From: Candidatus Latescibacterota bacterium
GTDB taxonomy: Bacteria; Latescibacterota; UBA2968
Length of the DNA stretch: 64,000 bases
NCBI GenBank assembly: GCA_965220765.1
Contig: OZ244847.1
Span: 49,849 to 113,848, forward strand
Reading direction: 5' to 3'
Shown here: positions 37,761 through 48,489 of the stretch, one piece after another
How the letters are laid out: the number at the start of each line of letters is the position of its first letter
Position numbering within the stretch: position 1 is the first letter of the stretch
Made by a program: the position numbers and the translations under genes
The notes under the pieces: generated by a model
What the model saw: only the letters and a program-made list of their open reading frames with translations
Told to the model about the DNA's origin: nothing
The model's database searches: none

Positions 37761-39341
37761 TCACAATTTCACCTGTTTAACCCAGTTCACAAACTCCTGA
37801 GACACAATATCGGCCAGCACCTCATCCCGCACTGGCGTATCGATATTAAAAACCATAATCGCCTCCCCGCCCTGGCTCCTGCGCCCCAGCGCCATATCGG
37901 AAATATTGATCCCATTTACCGCAAACAAATTGCCCATATGCCCCACCACACCGGGCACATCTCGATTGCCCAAAACAATCATATTCCCCTCGAGCTTCGC
38001 CTTCACCTCAATATCATCTATGCGAACCAAACGCAAATCCCGGCGCCCAAAAACCGTCGCCGAAATTGAAGTCGTCTCTCCCGAAGTCTCGACATCTATC
38101 GTAATCAAATTGCTATAATCCGCATGACTGCTCTTGGAATCTTCAACCTGAATGCTACGCGCCTTAGCCCATAAAGGCGCGTTGACCAGCGTCACCGGCT
38201 CCTCAGCCTGATATTCAAAAATACCTTTCAAAACCGCAGCCGTAAGCGGCGCCGTAGCGTATTCCTGAATCACACCCTGATAGCGATTGATCACCCTGTG
38301 CAGATGCCCGCCCATAAGTTGCGCGTGCAACGATCCCACCTTTTCTGCCAGCGACAAATAAGGACTGATCGCATCGAGATACTCTGGATCAATCGGCGGT
38401 AAATTGATACCACTTTGAACGGGCTTACCCTGCAGTGCATCGCGCAAATCCACGGCAATCTGCCGCGCCACATTTTCCTGTGCCTCAAATGTCGAAGCCC
38501 CCAGATGCGGCGTAGAAATCACCTCCGGCCTTTTAACCAGCGGATGATCAACCGAAGGCGGCTCCTCGCCAAACACATCCAATGCAGCCCCTGCGACCTT
38601 CCCCGCTTCAATCGCCTTGGCAAGTGCCTCCTCATTCACAAGCTCGCCCCGCGCGCAATTAATAATACGCACCCCATCTTTGCACCTTGCAAGCGCCGAT
38701 GAAGAAATGAGATGATGCGTCTGATCTGTAAACGCTGCGTGCAACGTAATATAATCCGACCTAACAAAAATCTCATCGTAAGAAGCCTGCTGTATATGCA
38801 ACTGCCGCGCCAGATCATCCGACAAAAAAGGATCGGCACCCAACAACGTCATACCAAACGCATGCGCGCGTCGCGCCACTTGCTGACCCACGCGCCCCAC
38901 GCCGATAATACCCAAAGTCTTGCCGTATAATTCAACACCCGTGTATTTGCCGCGCTCCCATTCGCCAGCTTTAAGCGATGCTGTCGCCTGGGGGATATTG
39001 CGAGACAGCGCCATCATCATAGCCATCGCGTATTCGGCGGCAGAAATCGTATTGCCACCCGGTGCATTCATCACCACAATCCCCCGCTCAGTCGCGGCTT
39101 CCACATCGATATTATCCACACCAGCACCCGCCCGACCAATCGCGCGAAGATTCACACCCTCTTCAATCACCCGCCGCGTAACCTCCGTTGCACTGCGCAC
39201 AATCAGCCCGGCATAATCGCCAATAATCTCGCACAATTCATCTTCAGACAGACCCGTATTCACATCGACTTCTATCTCTGAAGAAGCAAAAACATCCTGC
39301 CAACCATCAGCCAGGGAATCGGCAATCAGAACCTTTTCCAT
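37761..39341 (-). CDS. serA: D-3-phosphoglycerate dehydrogenase (long form with ACT domain)
   Basis: GRAGAGVDNIDV, NCARG, TPHLGAST; C-terminal NRDVPG ACT domain. Confidence 0.95.
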   Translation of the reverse strand: MEKVLIADSLADGWQDVFASSEIEVDVNTGLSEDELCEIIGDYAGLIVRSATEVTRRVIEEGVNLRAIGRAGAGVDNIDVEAATERGIVVMNAPGGNTISAAEYAMAMMMALSRNIPQATASLKAGEWERGKYTGVELYGKTLGIIGVGRVGQQVARRAHAFGMTLLGADPFLSDDLARQLHIQQASYDEIFVRSDYITLHAAFTDQTHHLISSSALARCKDGVRIINCARGELVNEEALAKAIEAGKVAGAALDVFGEEPPSVDHPLVKRPEVISTPHLGASTFEAQENVARQIAVDLRDALQGKPVQSGINLPPIDPEYLDAISPYLSLAEKVGSLHAQLMGGHLHRVINRYQGVIQEYATAPLTAAVLKGIFEYQAEEPVTLVNAPLWAKARSIQVEDSKSSHADYSNLITIDVETSGETTSISATVFGRRDLRLVRIDDIEVKAKLEGNMIVLGNRDVPGVVGHMGNLFAVNGINISDMALGRRSQGGEAIMVFNIDTPVRDEVLADIVSQEFVNWVKQVKL

Positions 39342-39347
39342 TTTCAC

Positions 39348-40448
39348 TCAATGTCCTCTCGCATCCACGGCCCATGTTTCTACAAACATCCCGTTTTCAT
39401 CAATCACACACACCTCATCCCACAAATTCACGGTCGTACACACATGGCGCGGCACCAGATAAAATTGATCGCCCACACGCGGTCGCGGTGTGCCCTCTGG
39501 CACAGACAACAACTGGTGTTCCTCATTGCGCCGCACAAACGCAATATCATCAGGCAACCCCATCGCTCGAAAATGGGGCGCAGGCGTATCGGGCGCAACC
39601 GACTTACTGCCCGCATCCAACGTGATCAGATGATCAGCAGTCGTACTGATCACACTGGACAAAACCAGTGCTGCCCATTCAAAGGGACTCTGCAACTTGT
39701 CACCATACCCCATATCCCAAAAAATCCACGTACCCGGCGAAACCTCATCCACCCCATCCACCCGTTGCGTATGCTCAAAACCCGGCGACCCCGAAGCCAC
39801 CATTTTCTCAACCACAATTCCAGATCGTTCTATCAGACATCGGGTCTCAACAGCTCGCTCAATCGACTCAATCGCCGTCTTCTGACGCATATCCCCATCG
39901 AAATCACCCACATGCCCATCATACACATGCAAACCCGCAAAACACAACCCCGGCGACTGTGCAATCTGCTGCGCCAGAGCCAGCGAAGGCGCGCCGGGCA
40001 ATACCCCCGTGCGATTCATCCCCGTATTGACATCCACCATAACACCCAGACGTACATCCGCCGAAGTGCAAGCATCGGACAACGCCCGAATATTATCCGC
40101 ATCATCCGCAATAACTTTCAAATCGGTATCGGGGTACAACCGCTTCAAATCCACCACGCGCCCGATATTTGCCCCCACGATATGATAAGAAATCAACACA
40201 TCGGTCGCACCAATCGCAGCGAGCATCGCTGCCTCTTTGGGCGTTGCACACTTAAACTTATCAATCCCCTCATCCATCTCCATACGCGCAATCTGCGACA
40301 TCTTATGCGTCTTGATATGCGGACGCAAACGCGCATAACCACCCATCATATCTCCAATCGCGCGAATATTATGCGCCACCGCCTCCTTGTAAACCAACAG
40401 CGCAGGCGTGGGAATCTCCTCGGCATTCTTTACCCGATAGTCAAGCAT
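39348..40448 (-). CDS. D-threonine aldolase/DSD1 family PLP-dependent enzyme
   Basis: TPALL, LRPHIKTHK, YDGH, NEEH, PRHVCTTVN. Confidence 0.88.
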   Translation of the reverse strand: MLDYRVKNAEEIPTPALLVYKEAVAHNIRAIGDMMGGYARLRPHIKTHKMSQIARMEMDEGIDKFKCATPKEAAMLAAIGATDVLISYHIVGANIGRVVDLKRLYPDTDLKVIADDADNIRALSDACTSADVRLGVMVDVNTGMNRTGVLPGAPSLALAQQIAQSPGLCFAGLHVYDGHVGDFDGDMRQKTAIESIERAVETRCLIERSGIVVEKMVASGSPGFEHTQRVDGVDEVSPGTWIFWDMGYGDKLQSPFEWAALVLSSVISTTADHLITLDAGSKSVAPDTPAPHFRAMGLPDDIAFVRRNEEHQLLSVPEGTPRPRVGDQFYLVPRHVCTTVNLWDEVCVIDENGMFVETWAVDARGH

Positions 40449-41028
40449 TCAGCACCTCTCCAATCCATCGCCAAACCGCGTCCTTGCCACGCCCCGTCGT
40501 TGCGGAAAACGGCAACAGATCAATATCCCCGTGCAAAGCGAGCATGCGTCGCGTTTGATCCAATCGACTTTTGAGTTTATGACCCGATAGCTTATCGGCC
40601 TTGGTAGCAACCACCACAAATGGCTTGTTGTCGTGTACCAGCCAATCAACCATCTGCAAATCATCTCGGCTCGGATCGTGCCTCGCATCAATTAACTGAA
40701 CAAAACCCCTGATTGAGGACCGATCCTGCACATACCCCTCAATCAGCTTTCCCCATGCCTGGCGCTCTTCCCAACTGCGCTTTGCATAGCCATAACCGGG
40801 CAAATCGACAAAATAATACGCCTGGTTTACACGGTAAAAATTCAGCGTTCGCGTCTTGCCGGGCGTACTGCTGGTCTTCGCCAAATTTTTCCGATTGAAC
40901 AGCCGATTGAGCAACGACGACTTGCCCACATTTGAACGCCCTGCAAATGCAATCTCAGCCATCCCATCGCGGGGCAACTGCTTCAAAAAACCAACACTCG
41001 TAACAAATTCGGCAGAACGGAATTGCAT
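40441..41028 (-). CDS. engB: Ribosome biogenesis GTPase EngB/YihA
   Basis: GRSNVGKSS, PGKT, DLPGYG, TKADK. Confidence 0.96.
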   Translation of the reverse strand: MQFRSAEFVTSVGFLKQLPRDGMAEIAFAGRSNVGKSSLLNRLFNRKNLAKTSSTPGKTRTLNFYRVNQAYYFVDLPGYGYAKRSWEERQAWGKLIEGYVQDRSSIRGFVQLIDARHDPSRDDLQMVDWLVHDNKPFVVVATKADKLSGHKLKSRLDQTRRMLALHGDIDLLPFSATTGRGKDAVWRWIGEVLNA

Positions 41029-41103
41029 GATTAGCTTTCACACAAACGAAAACCGGGGTCCAATTCGGCCCCGGTTCCCCATCTTTGGGAAATATCTATC
41101 TCT

Positions 41104-42351
41104 TTAAGCGCGTTTTTGGGTCGATTCGAGAACTTCAATACGCGGCTTGTTGCGGTTTTGAACCATATCGCAGGTCACTGTGACCTCGGTCAGGTCCTCA
41201 TTGGTGGGTATATCGTACATCAAATCCGTCATAACGGCTTCGAGAACCGACCGCAACCCGCGCGCACCTGTACCCTTTTCCTGCGTAATGCGAACAACCT
41301 CGCGCAGCGCGTCATCCTCAAAAGTCAACTCAACCCCATCGAGCTCAAACAACTTCTGGTATTGCTTGGTAATTGCATTTTGCGGTTCCGTCAAAATCTG
41401 CAACAGAGCAGCCTCGTCCAGATTGCCCAACGCACACATTACGGGCATTCGCCCAACCAGTTCTGGAATCAAACCGTACTTAATCAAATCTTCCGGCTCG
41501 GCATGCTGAAAAATCTCACCGGTACTTTGCTCATCCAAATCGTTCGAATCGGACCCAAAACCAATGGTCTTCTTGCCGATGCGGGTGCTAATAACGCTTT
41601 CCAAACCATCAAATGCACCGCCACAAATAAACAGAATATTTTTTGTATTGAGCTGAATCAGAGGTTGCTCGGGATGCTTGCGCCCCCCCTTGGGCGGAAT
41701 ACTCGCCACCGTACCTTCCAGAATTTTCAACAAAGCCTGCTGAACACCTTCCCCAGATACATCGCGCGTAATAGACGGATTGGCCGACTTTCGAGAAATT
41801 TTATCGACCTCGTCCAAATACAAAATACCCATCTCTGCCTGCGCCACATCGTAATCCGCCGCCTGAAGCAGACGCACCAGGATATTCTCAACATCTTCGC
41901 CAACATACCCCGCTTCGGTCAAAATAGTGGCATCTGCAATCGAAAATGGAACCTGCAAAATGCGCGCCAGCGTTTGCGCCAAAAGCGTCTTGCCAGTACC
42001 CGTAGGCCCCATAAGCAAAATATTGCTCTTATCGAGTTCGACATCATCCGCAGACTGATTGGACCGAATGCGCTTGTAATGATTATACACCGCAACCGAA
42101 AGAACGCGCTTGGCGCGCTCTTGCCCAATCACATAATCGTCCAGACGGGCTTTAATCTCCTGCGGCTTGGGCAACCCTTTGTGAAGCGTCACGGGCTTTT
42201 TGAGATCGTCCTCTCGCAAAACCTCATTGCACAGCTTGATACACTCACTGCAAATATTCACACTCGGGCCAGTGACGATCTTATCGACCTGATCGGCACT
42301 CTTACCACAAAAAGAACAGCGAATTTCTGTTCTGGAAGTCCGTCGTTTCAT
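41104..42351 (-). CDS. clpX: ATP-dependent Clp protease ATP-binding subunit ClpX
   Basis: CSFCGK zinc finger, [11 protein letters not shown] loop, GARGLR. Confidence 0.97.
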   Translation of the reverse strand: MKRRTSRTEIRCSFCGKSADQVDKIVTGPSVNICSECIKLCNEVLREDDLKKPVTLHKGLPKPQEIKARLDDYVIGQERAKRVLSVAVYNHYKRIRSNQSADDVELDKSNILLMGPTGTGKTLLAQTLARILQVPFSIADATILTEAGYVGEDVENILVRLLQAADYDVAQAEMGILYLDEVDKISRKSANPSITRDVSGEGVQQALLKILEGTVASIPPKGGRKHPEQPLIQLNTKNILFICGGAFDGLESVISTRIGKKTIGFGSDSNDLDEQSTGEIFQHAEPEDLIKYGLIPELVGRMPVMCALGNLDEAALLQILTEPQNAITKQYQKLFELDGVELTFEDDALREVVRITQEKGTGARGLRSVLEAVMTDLMYDIPTNEDLTEVTVTCDMVQNRNKPRIEVLESTQKRA

Positions 42352-42364
42352 AACGCCCCACTCC

Positions 42365-42982
42365 TCATAACAAGGCTTCGTCGATATCGGGGTTGGGATC
42401 TTGACCGGGAATGAGCACTTCGTCAATCAAGCCATAATCCTTTGCCTCATCAGCCGACATAAAGAAATCTCGGTCTGCATCCCTTTCTATGCGCTCAATA
42501 CCCTGACCTGTACATTCGGATAAAATGGCGTTCAAACGGTCGCGATATTGCAAAATTTCTTCGGCATGTCGTTCGATATCCGAAGCCTGACCGCCTGCAC
42601 CACCAATAGGTTGATGCAGCAAAATGCGAGAATTTGGCAATGCGCGGCGCTGTCCCTTTGTACCCCCTGCGAGAAGCACGGCACCCAGTGAAAAAGCCTG
42701 ACCCACACAAACCGTTTCAACATCGTTGGGCACGTATTGCATCGTATCGTAAATCGCCAAACCCGCCGTAATACTACCGCCGGGAGAATTAATATACAGC
42801 CGAATCGGTTTTTCAGGTGTTTCAGACGTGCAAAACAACATCTGAGCAATCACCAAATTGGCAATCGTATCGTTGATCGGCGTACCAATAAAAATAATAT
42901 TATCGCGCAACAGCCGCGAAAAAATATCATAAGCGCGTTCGCCACGCCCTGTTTGTTCAAGAACTGTAGGAACCAGAGCCAT
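42365..42982 (-). CDS. clpP: ATP-dependent Clp protease proteolytic subunit
   Basis: [22 protein letters not shown]. Confidence 0.97.
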   Translation of the reverse strand: MALVPTVLEQTGRGERAYDIFSRLLRDNIIFIGTPINDTIANLVIAQMLFCTSETPEKPIRLYINSPGGSITAGLAIYDTMQYVPNDVETVCVGQAFSLGAVLLAGGTKGQRRALPNSRILLHQPIGGAGGQASDIERHAEEILQYRDRLNAILSECTGQGIERIERDADRDFFMSADEAKDYGLIDEVLIPGQDPNPDIDEALL

Positions 42983-43057
42983 ATTTAATTTTCAATCCCA
43001 TGTTTAAATGTAAAATCCGTCTATGAACTGGCCTGAACCAGTTGTACCCCGCTCCGT

Positions 43058-44368
43058 CTATTCAACTTCCTCAACATCTTCGACATCTGCGTTATCGATG
43101 AGAAAATCAAACGTCTTCTGCGTCTTAATCTCCGACTCAATCTGATCGAGCTGTTCGGTTCGGCCCAAAATCTGACGCAGACGCGGCCCTTCGATATTGT
43201 GCCGTTGCGACATCTCCTCGAGATGTTTGTCCAGATCGTCATCCGTCACCTCAATATTTTCCTGATCGGCAACAGCATCCAGCAACAAAAAGCGTTTGAC
43301 ACCGCGCTCGGCTTGATCGCGTCCCTCCTCGCGAAGCGCATCTTCGTCAATCCCTTGATCGTGACCCGCTTGCTCCCGCTTGTACGATTCAATCATACCA
43401 TCGAGATAATTTTCGACCATACTATCGGGAACCTCAAAAGGATTCTTCTCAATCAGCGTATCCATCAAATTTTCCTCAACGCGCTGGCGAATCATTTGAT
43501 CGTACTGCGCCTCCATCTCATTGCGAATTTGCGTCTTGAGTTCGTCCAACGTCTCCACGCCGCCGACATCCTGAGCCAATTCATCATCCAATTCGGGCAA
43601 CGCGCGCTCGCGTATTTCTTTTGCCATCACGCGAAACATCACGGTCTCTTCTTTCGGTTCTTCGTCGCGATCCTCGTGATCTTCCTGATCAGGCTCATCC
43701 TGAACGGGCCGCGTAATTGTAACCTCACGGGACTCACCGGCTGAAATACCGACCAATTGCTCTGCCAATTCAGTCGGCTTGTCGTCTTCCATCTTAAACA
43801 GCCGAATCGATTGATCTTCTGACTTGTGATCGGCCACGGGACTGCCGTCCTCATCGAGCTCTTCCACATCGGCAAAAACCACATCGTCAAGATCGGCAGC
43901 GCGCTCCACGACCTGCTCGGTAGCACTTTCCTCTTGCATATACCGCAGCCGACCATCAACATGCTCGTCTTCAACCGCAAACACAGGCCGCGTCACCTTC
44001 AGCCCCTTATAGGTCTCCACGGTTATCTCTGGACGGACATCAACAGAAGCCTTGAACACCAGAGGCTGTCCCTCTTCAAAATTGATATCGTCAATACTCG
44101 CCTGAGAAACGGGTTGAATCCCTTCGGCTTCGCTCGCCTCCCGGTAAAATTCCTCGACCATCTCCTGGACAACCTCGCCCTGGATAGCCGGCCCAAATTG
44201 CCGTTTAATAACGCTCAGGGGAACTTTACCCTTGCGAAAGCCCGGCAAATTGAGGGTCTTGCTGTATTTCCTGTAAGCGTCATTGAGACGCTTATCCACA
44301 TCTTCGGCCGGGGCCTCAATCTCCAATGTTCGACGCCACGTCCCCGACTCGGTCACCTGCACATTCAT
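43058..44368 (-). CDS. tig: Trigger factor
   Basis: GFRKGKVP signature; canonical tig-clpP-clpX order. Confidence 0.95.
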   Translation of the reverse strand: MNVQVTESGTWRRTLEIEAPAEDVDKRLNDAYRKYSKTLNLPGFRKGKVPLSVIKRQFGPAIQGEVVQEMVEEFYREASEAEGIQPVSQASIDDINFEEGQPLVFKASVDVRPEITVETYKGLKVTRPVFAVEDEHVDGRLRYMQEESATEQVVERAADLDDVVFADVEELDEDGSPVADHKSEDQSIRLFKMEDDKPTELAEQLVGISAGESREVTITRPVQDEPDQEDHEDRDEEPKEETVMFRVMAKEIRERALPELDDELAQDVGGVETLDELKTQIRNEMEAQYDQMIRQRVEENLMDTLIEKNPFEVPDSMVENYLDGMIESYKREQAGHDQGIDEDALREEGRDQAERGVKRFLLLDAVADQENIEVTDDDLDKHLEEMSQRHNIEGPRLRQILGRTEQLDQIESEIKTQKTFDFLIDNADVEDVEEVE

Positions 44369-44463
44369 CGCGTTGGATAATCCTTTCTTTATAATACTTC
44401 ACTCACTAACTGGACCAACGAGCAATAATAAACAAATGAAAACGCTTTGTCAATTATTAGCGG

Positions 44464-45186
44464 TCACCCATACCCCAACACCTTCAAATACGCCTTCACC
44501 GTATTCTCCAACCCCATAAAAACAGTATCTGCGATCAGCGCGTGGCCAATAGACACCTCGAGAACGCCGGGAATCGTTACAAATTCCCCCAAATTATCGA
44601 GATTGAGATCGTGTCCGGCATTAACCCCCAGCCCGGCATCCTGTGCTGCGCGAGCCGAATCCGCGTACTGCCGAAAAACAGGCCCCACATCGCCCCCATC
44701 ATAAGCAGAAGCATAAGACTCCGTATAAAGTTCAACGCGATCCGCACCCAGAGCCTTTGCCAGAGCCATATCCTCTGGCACCGGATCCATAAACAGAGAA
44801 ACCCGAATCCCCAGATCTTTCAATTCCGCAATAATCGGCACAAGCCGCTCGCCATCCCGTCTCAAATCCCAACCGTGATCGGACGTACTCTGATCGGGTT
44901 CATCGGGCACCAGCGTACACTGATCGGGCACCACATCCCGCACCATATCCATAAAATCGGGAAAGGGATTGCCTTCAATATTGTACTCCACCCCCGAAAT
45001 CATTTCTTTCAACTCATAAACATCCGTCCTGCGAATATGCCGCTCATCGGGCCGGGGATGCACCGTAATCCCATGCGCCCCCGCATCCATACACACCTGC
45101 GCCGCCCTTGTCACACTGGGAAAAGTAAGCGGCCTACTATTCCGCAACAGCGCCACCCGATTCAAATTCACACTGAGTTTGGTCAT
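44464..45186 (-). CDS. pdxJ: Pyridoxine 5'-phosphate synthase
   Basis: LSVNLNRVALLRNSR, ITVHPRPDERHIR, NAGHDL, EVSIGHA. Confidence 0.96.
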   Translation of the reverse strand: MTKLSVNLNRVALLRNSRPLTFPSVTRAAQVCMDAGAHGITVHPRPDERHIRRTDVYELKEMISGVEYNIEGNPFPDFMDMVRDVVPDQCTLVPDEPDQSTSDHGWDLRRDGERLVPIIAELKDLGIRVSLFMDPVPEDMALAKALGADRVELYTESYASAYDGGDVGPVFRQYADSARAAQDAGLGVNAGHDLNLDNLGEFVTIPGVLEVSIGHALIADTVFMGLENTVKAYLKVLGYG

Positions 45187-45198
45187 TCCCATCCTCCT

Positions 45199-45780
45199 CT
45201 ACGGTGCCAGCAAAGCGCGCTTCCACGCGCCATCACCTTGCCGAACATACAAAAACCGATCGTGCAGCCGATCATCCCTATTCACCCAAAATTCAAAACG
45301 ATCAGGAACCACCCGATAGCCCCCCCAAAAATCCGGCAACGGCACTTCGTCTCCCGGATATTTCCGATCCAATTCTGCCACCCGACCTTCCAAAAACGCC
45401 CGATCGGGAATAGCCTCGCTTTGAGGTGACGCCCAGGCACTCAAACGACTCCCCCGAGGACGCGAATCAAAATACGCCCTGGACACCTCATCCGAAACAG
45501 CCTCAACCCGTCCCTCAATACGCACCTGCCTGACCAGTGACTTCCAGTGAAACAGCAGGGCTGCTCTGGGATTCTCCGCCAACTCATCTGCCTTGCGACT
45601 CTCCAAATTCGTAAAAAACACAAACCCATCCTGACCGCACTGCTTCACCAGCACCATACGCACCGAAGGCCTCCCATCGCGCGTCGCCGTAGCCAGCGCC
45701 ACGGCCTCGGGCAGCGTCAACTCCGAAGCCCTCGCCTCTTCAAACCACATATCAAACTGAACAAAAGGATCTGGATTCAT
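45199..45780 (-). CDS. pdxH: Pyridoxamine 5'-phosphate oxidase
   Basis: RMVLVK, FFTNLESRK, RQVRIEG, EFW...RLHDR. Confidence 0.95.
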   Translation of the reverse strand: MNPDPFVQFDMWFEEARASELTLPEAVALATATRDGRPSVRMVLVKQCGQDGFVFFTNLESRKADELAENPRAALLFHWKSLVRQVRIEGRVEAVSDEVSRAYFDSRPRGSRLSAWASPQSEAIPDRAFLEGRVAELDRKYPGDEVPLPDFWGGYRVVPDRFEFWVNRDDRLHDRFLYVRQGDGAWKRALLAP

Positions 45781-46285
45781 TTTTCTCCCCGAGTGACTTA
45801 ATCAAATAAACGCGTGTCTCTCGCCAGTTACTCTGCCCGCCATTGGCATCAATATAAACACCCCGGGCCAAATACGGTTCCCATCCCGCATCTCTGTACC
45901 CGCGGCGTGCGTACAAATTCAGTGCCGGTTGATTCTTCACGTAAACACACAGACCAATATTCTCATAGCCCCGCTGAAAAGTAATCCGCTCACACACATC
46001 TAACAACCGCGACGCAATGCCCATCCGCCGATAATCTGGATGCACAAAAAGCGACGACGCTTCGGGCCATGGTCGCACCTGAGGCGGTACGCCAGAAGCA
46101 TCGCCGCCTTCCCAATTGAGCAACACCTGAGCCACAGGCCAATTGCCCCGCCATGCCACGAAAAAAATGAGCTTGCCGGATTCCTGTAGCATAAACCGCC
46201 GCCGCTGTGTTTCTTTTCGACTAAACGGCAAATACTGAAGCCGAGACACCTCAGGCGATTTAAGAGAGCGAATATCAATATCCAT
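45752..46285 (-). CDS. GNAT N-acetyltransferase
   Basis: LFVHPDYRRMGIAS, NQPALNLYARRGY. Confidence 0.85.
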   Translation of the reverse strand: MDIDIRSLKSPEVSRLQYLPFSRKETQRRRFMLQESGKLIFFVAWRGNWPVAQVLLNWEGGDASGVPPQVRPWPEASSLFVHPDYRRMGIASRLLDVCERITFQRGYENIGLCVYVKNQPALNLYARRGYRDAGWEPYLARGVYIDANGGQSNWRETRVYLIKSLGEKNESRSFCSV

Positions 46286-46417
46286 AAAGCTAAAGTATAG
46301 CGAACACCGCCCCAATACGCAAGACACCGCGACGTACTATTTTCATCTATACAGTCTGAAACCTTATTTCTCCGTATTTGGCTTGTTTTATTTCGTTATC
46401 TCTCTTTATATTTGTTA

Positions 46418-47402
46418 ACGCGAATTAAGAGTAAAAAGCGATTAAGAAGCAAGCGGCGGCCAATCGCCCAAAGATATGGACGAGTAATCCGTTATATGAT
46501 CGCACCTTAGAGGCGATAGAAATGCCTGTTTTTTCATCAATCCAATGAAACAAAGACTCAATCGGCTGGCGTATGCGCGAAACGGTGCGTGATAGGACTT
46601 GATCGGCTGCTGGGCGCATATCTTGTCCCTTCTTTTTTTTGACCGGCGTATAAAAGGCGAGGTTTTGCTGTTGAAAAAGTGTATCTTTTAAGGTCTGATT
46701 GGCATAGATTTTATCGCCATAGAGTTGTCTGTTGTGTAAATAGGGCAAGAGGGGTCGCAAGGCAGAAAGGTCCTGGTCTGCTGCGCCTGTGAGACTGATA
46801 TAATCGGGTTTAGGGAGTCCTTTGTCTGTGCGTTTTGCCACGATATGGAGCTTGACGCCATAATACCACATGCCTTTGGAGGCGCAAAAGCCCTTGCTGG
46901 CGATTTGTGGTGCCACACGCGCTTTGCCACTACGCTTGGCATTGGCGATGACGCAAGGGAAGGAATCAAGCAGGTAAGCCTCTGCAAGACAATCAGATAT
47001 GGGACAGTCTGCCACAATTTGTTCCACCAGTGGTGAAAAGGTGCCCGCCAGAAAGTTCAACCGCTGCACATAGCCTGCATACGTCGGCAGTGCTGGGAAC
47101 CAGTCGGACAGATGGTCTTGCGTATAAGTGTAAATACCTTTAATCGTCGTGCATTTTTGCATGATGCCAAATAAGTAGAGGGTGAGCACTTCCTCATCGG
47201 TAAAATGAGGCGCATTATTATTGCTCAACCGTTGGGCATGCACCCACAGATGGGTCTTGTAATGTGTGCAAATATACAGATACAAACCGATTAGTCGCTC
47301 TTGCCAGTCCATCGCGTTCTTGCTCCTATTTTTGAGGATTGAGGGCTATTTGACACCTCAATCATAGGCAAGAACGCGATCTTTTCAACGCTTTATTCGC
47401 AT
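46418..47402 (-). mobile_element. IS982-family insertion sequence
   Basis: Imperfect terminal IRs ACGCGAATTAAGAGT / ACGCTTTATTCGCAT; no clear target duplication. Confidence 0.8.
46425..47312 (-). CDS. IS982-family DDE transposase
   Basis: FTDEEV, LDSFP, KGMWYYGVKLH, GDKIY, RQPIESLF. Confidence 0.92.
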   Translation of the reverse strand: MDWQERLIGLYLYICTHYKTHLWVHAQRLSNNNAPHFTDEEVLTLYLFGIMQKCTTIKGIYTYTQDHLSDWFPALPTYAGYVQRLNFLAGTFSPLVEQIVADCPISDCLAEAYLLDSFPCVIANAKRSGKARVAPQIASKGFCASKGMWYYGVKLHIVAKRTDKGLPKPDYISLTGAADQDLSALRPLLPYLHNRQLYGDKIYANQTLKDTLFQQQNLAFYTPVKKKKGQDMRPAADQVLSRTVSRIRQPIESLFHWIDEKTGISIASKVRSYNGLLVHIFGRLAAACFLIAFYS

Positions 47403-47431
47403 TATAAAAGAATGCAAAAGCATCCGTGGCA

Positions 47432-48385
47432 CTATGGCAAAAAGCGGTTGGTAAACGCCTCGGCGGGGATGACCGTATTGGCGGGGATGATATCGGCGGC
47501 GACCATTTGATCTAACAACTCTTGCCAGCGTTGCAAAGTCATGCTGCCAAGGCCATTTGCGCGGGCTATGGGGTCAAGGACAAGAGCTCTTGATTCCTCT
47601 GCGCCATAGGCGAGAATATCCAACCCCATCTCGGCGTTGAGTGTGTTGATGTGGCGGTTGGTGGCATCCGGGTTGTCGAGATAGTGTTCCCAGCCTTGCA
47701 CGCTTGCTTGGACAACGGCTTCTACAATTTGCGGATCGGCGGCGATGCGGTCTTCAGTCGTGATGAGCACGCTGGTGTAGGGATTGTAGCCAATGTCAGC
47801 TACCAGCAGAGCTCTGGGGTTGCCACCTCTGGTTTTCGCAACGTATGGCTCGCTGAAGATATAGCCTTGTTGGGCGAAATTTTCATTAGCGAGGAATTGA
47901 GTGACATTGCCAGAATAAGGGACGATTTCGACGTTTGAGAAAGGGTATTTCCAGCGCAGGTATTGGGAAAACGCCGAACTTTGTGACATCGCCAGGGTGA
48001 TATTGGCAATGTCGGCGATAGAAGCGATGCCCGAGTTGGCGTGTACCATAATGCAGCGCGGGCTGATTTGGTAAGGCGCCATAAGGGCGACAACCGGAAT
48101 TTGTTGGGCGCGGGCAGCGAGGATGTTGTCGGCATTCGTAATGCCAAAAGCGACAGCACCAGTGGCTACGCGCTCAATGACCGGCACACCCGGACCACCG
48201 GCGAGGATATCGACTTCTACGCTGCGTTCTTGATAGTAGCCATGCAATGAGGCGGCGTAAAAACCCCCGTGCTCGGCTTCTGGAAACCAGTTGAGCGCGA
48301 GTTGGACTTGCACTTCGGCTGGAGGTTCTGGTCCCACGCCACAGGCGGCCAGTGCGATGAGCAACAAGAAAGCAAAGCGGATCAT
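47432..48385 (-). CDS. ABC transporter substrate-binding lipoprotein (NMT1/THI5-like)
   Basis: Lipobox LAAC; LNWFPEAEHGGFYAA. Confidence 0.88.
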   Translation of the reverse strand: MIRFAFLLLIALAACGVGPEPPAEVQVQLALNWFPEAEHGGFYAASLHGYYQERSVEVDILAGGPGVPVIERVATGAVAFGITNADNILAARAQQIPVVALMAPYQISPRCIMVHANSGIASIADIANITLAMSQSSAFSQYLRWKYPFSNVEIVPYSGNVTQFLANENFAQQGYIFSEPYVAKTRGGNPRALLVADIGYNPYTSVLITTEDRIAADPQIVEAVVQASVQGWEHYLDNPDATNRHINTLNAEMGLDILAYGAEESRALVLDPIARANGLGSMTLQRWQELLDQMVAADIIPANTVIPAEAFTNRFLP

Positions 48386-48489
48386 ACGCGATAATCCCCT
48401 TGGAAATTTGGTACCCATTTTGGAAAATCTGTTATTTAATATACGGAATTATTACATAAATTTTTAACAAAAAAGCGGTAGGCAGCTTC

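Noticed and set aside
41116-42414. 432-aa + strand ORF
   Set aside because: Antisense shadow of clpX.
44369-44463. Possible tRNA upstream of tig
   Set aside because: No cloverleaf or TTCGA T-loop is visible.
48386-48489. Possible TPP riboswitch before the THI5-like binding protein
   Set aside because: The region is short and AT-rich and lacks the GCTGAGA and TGATC-type TPP core.
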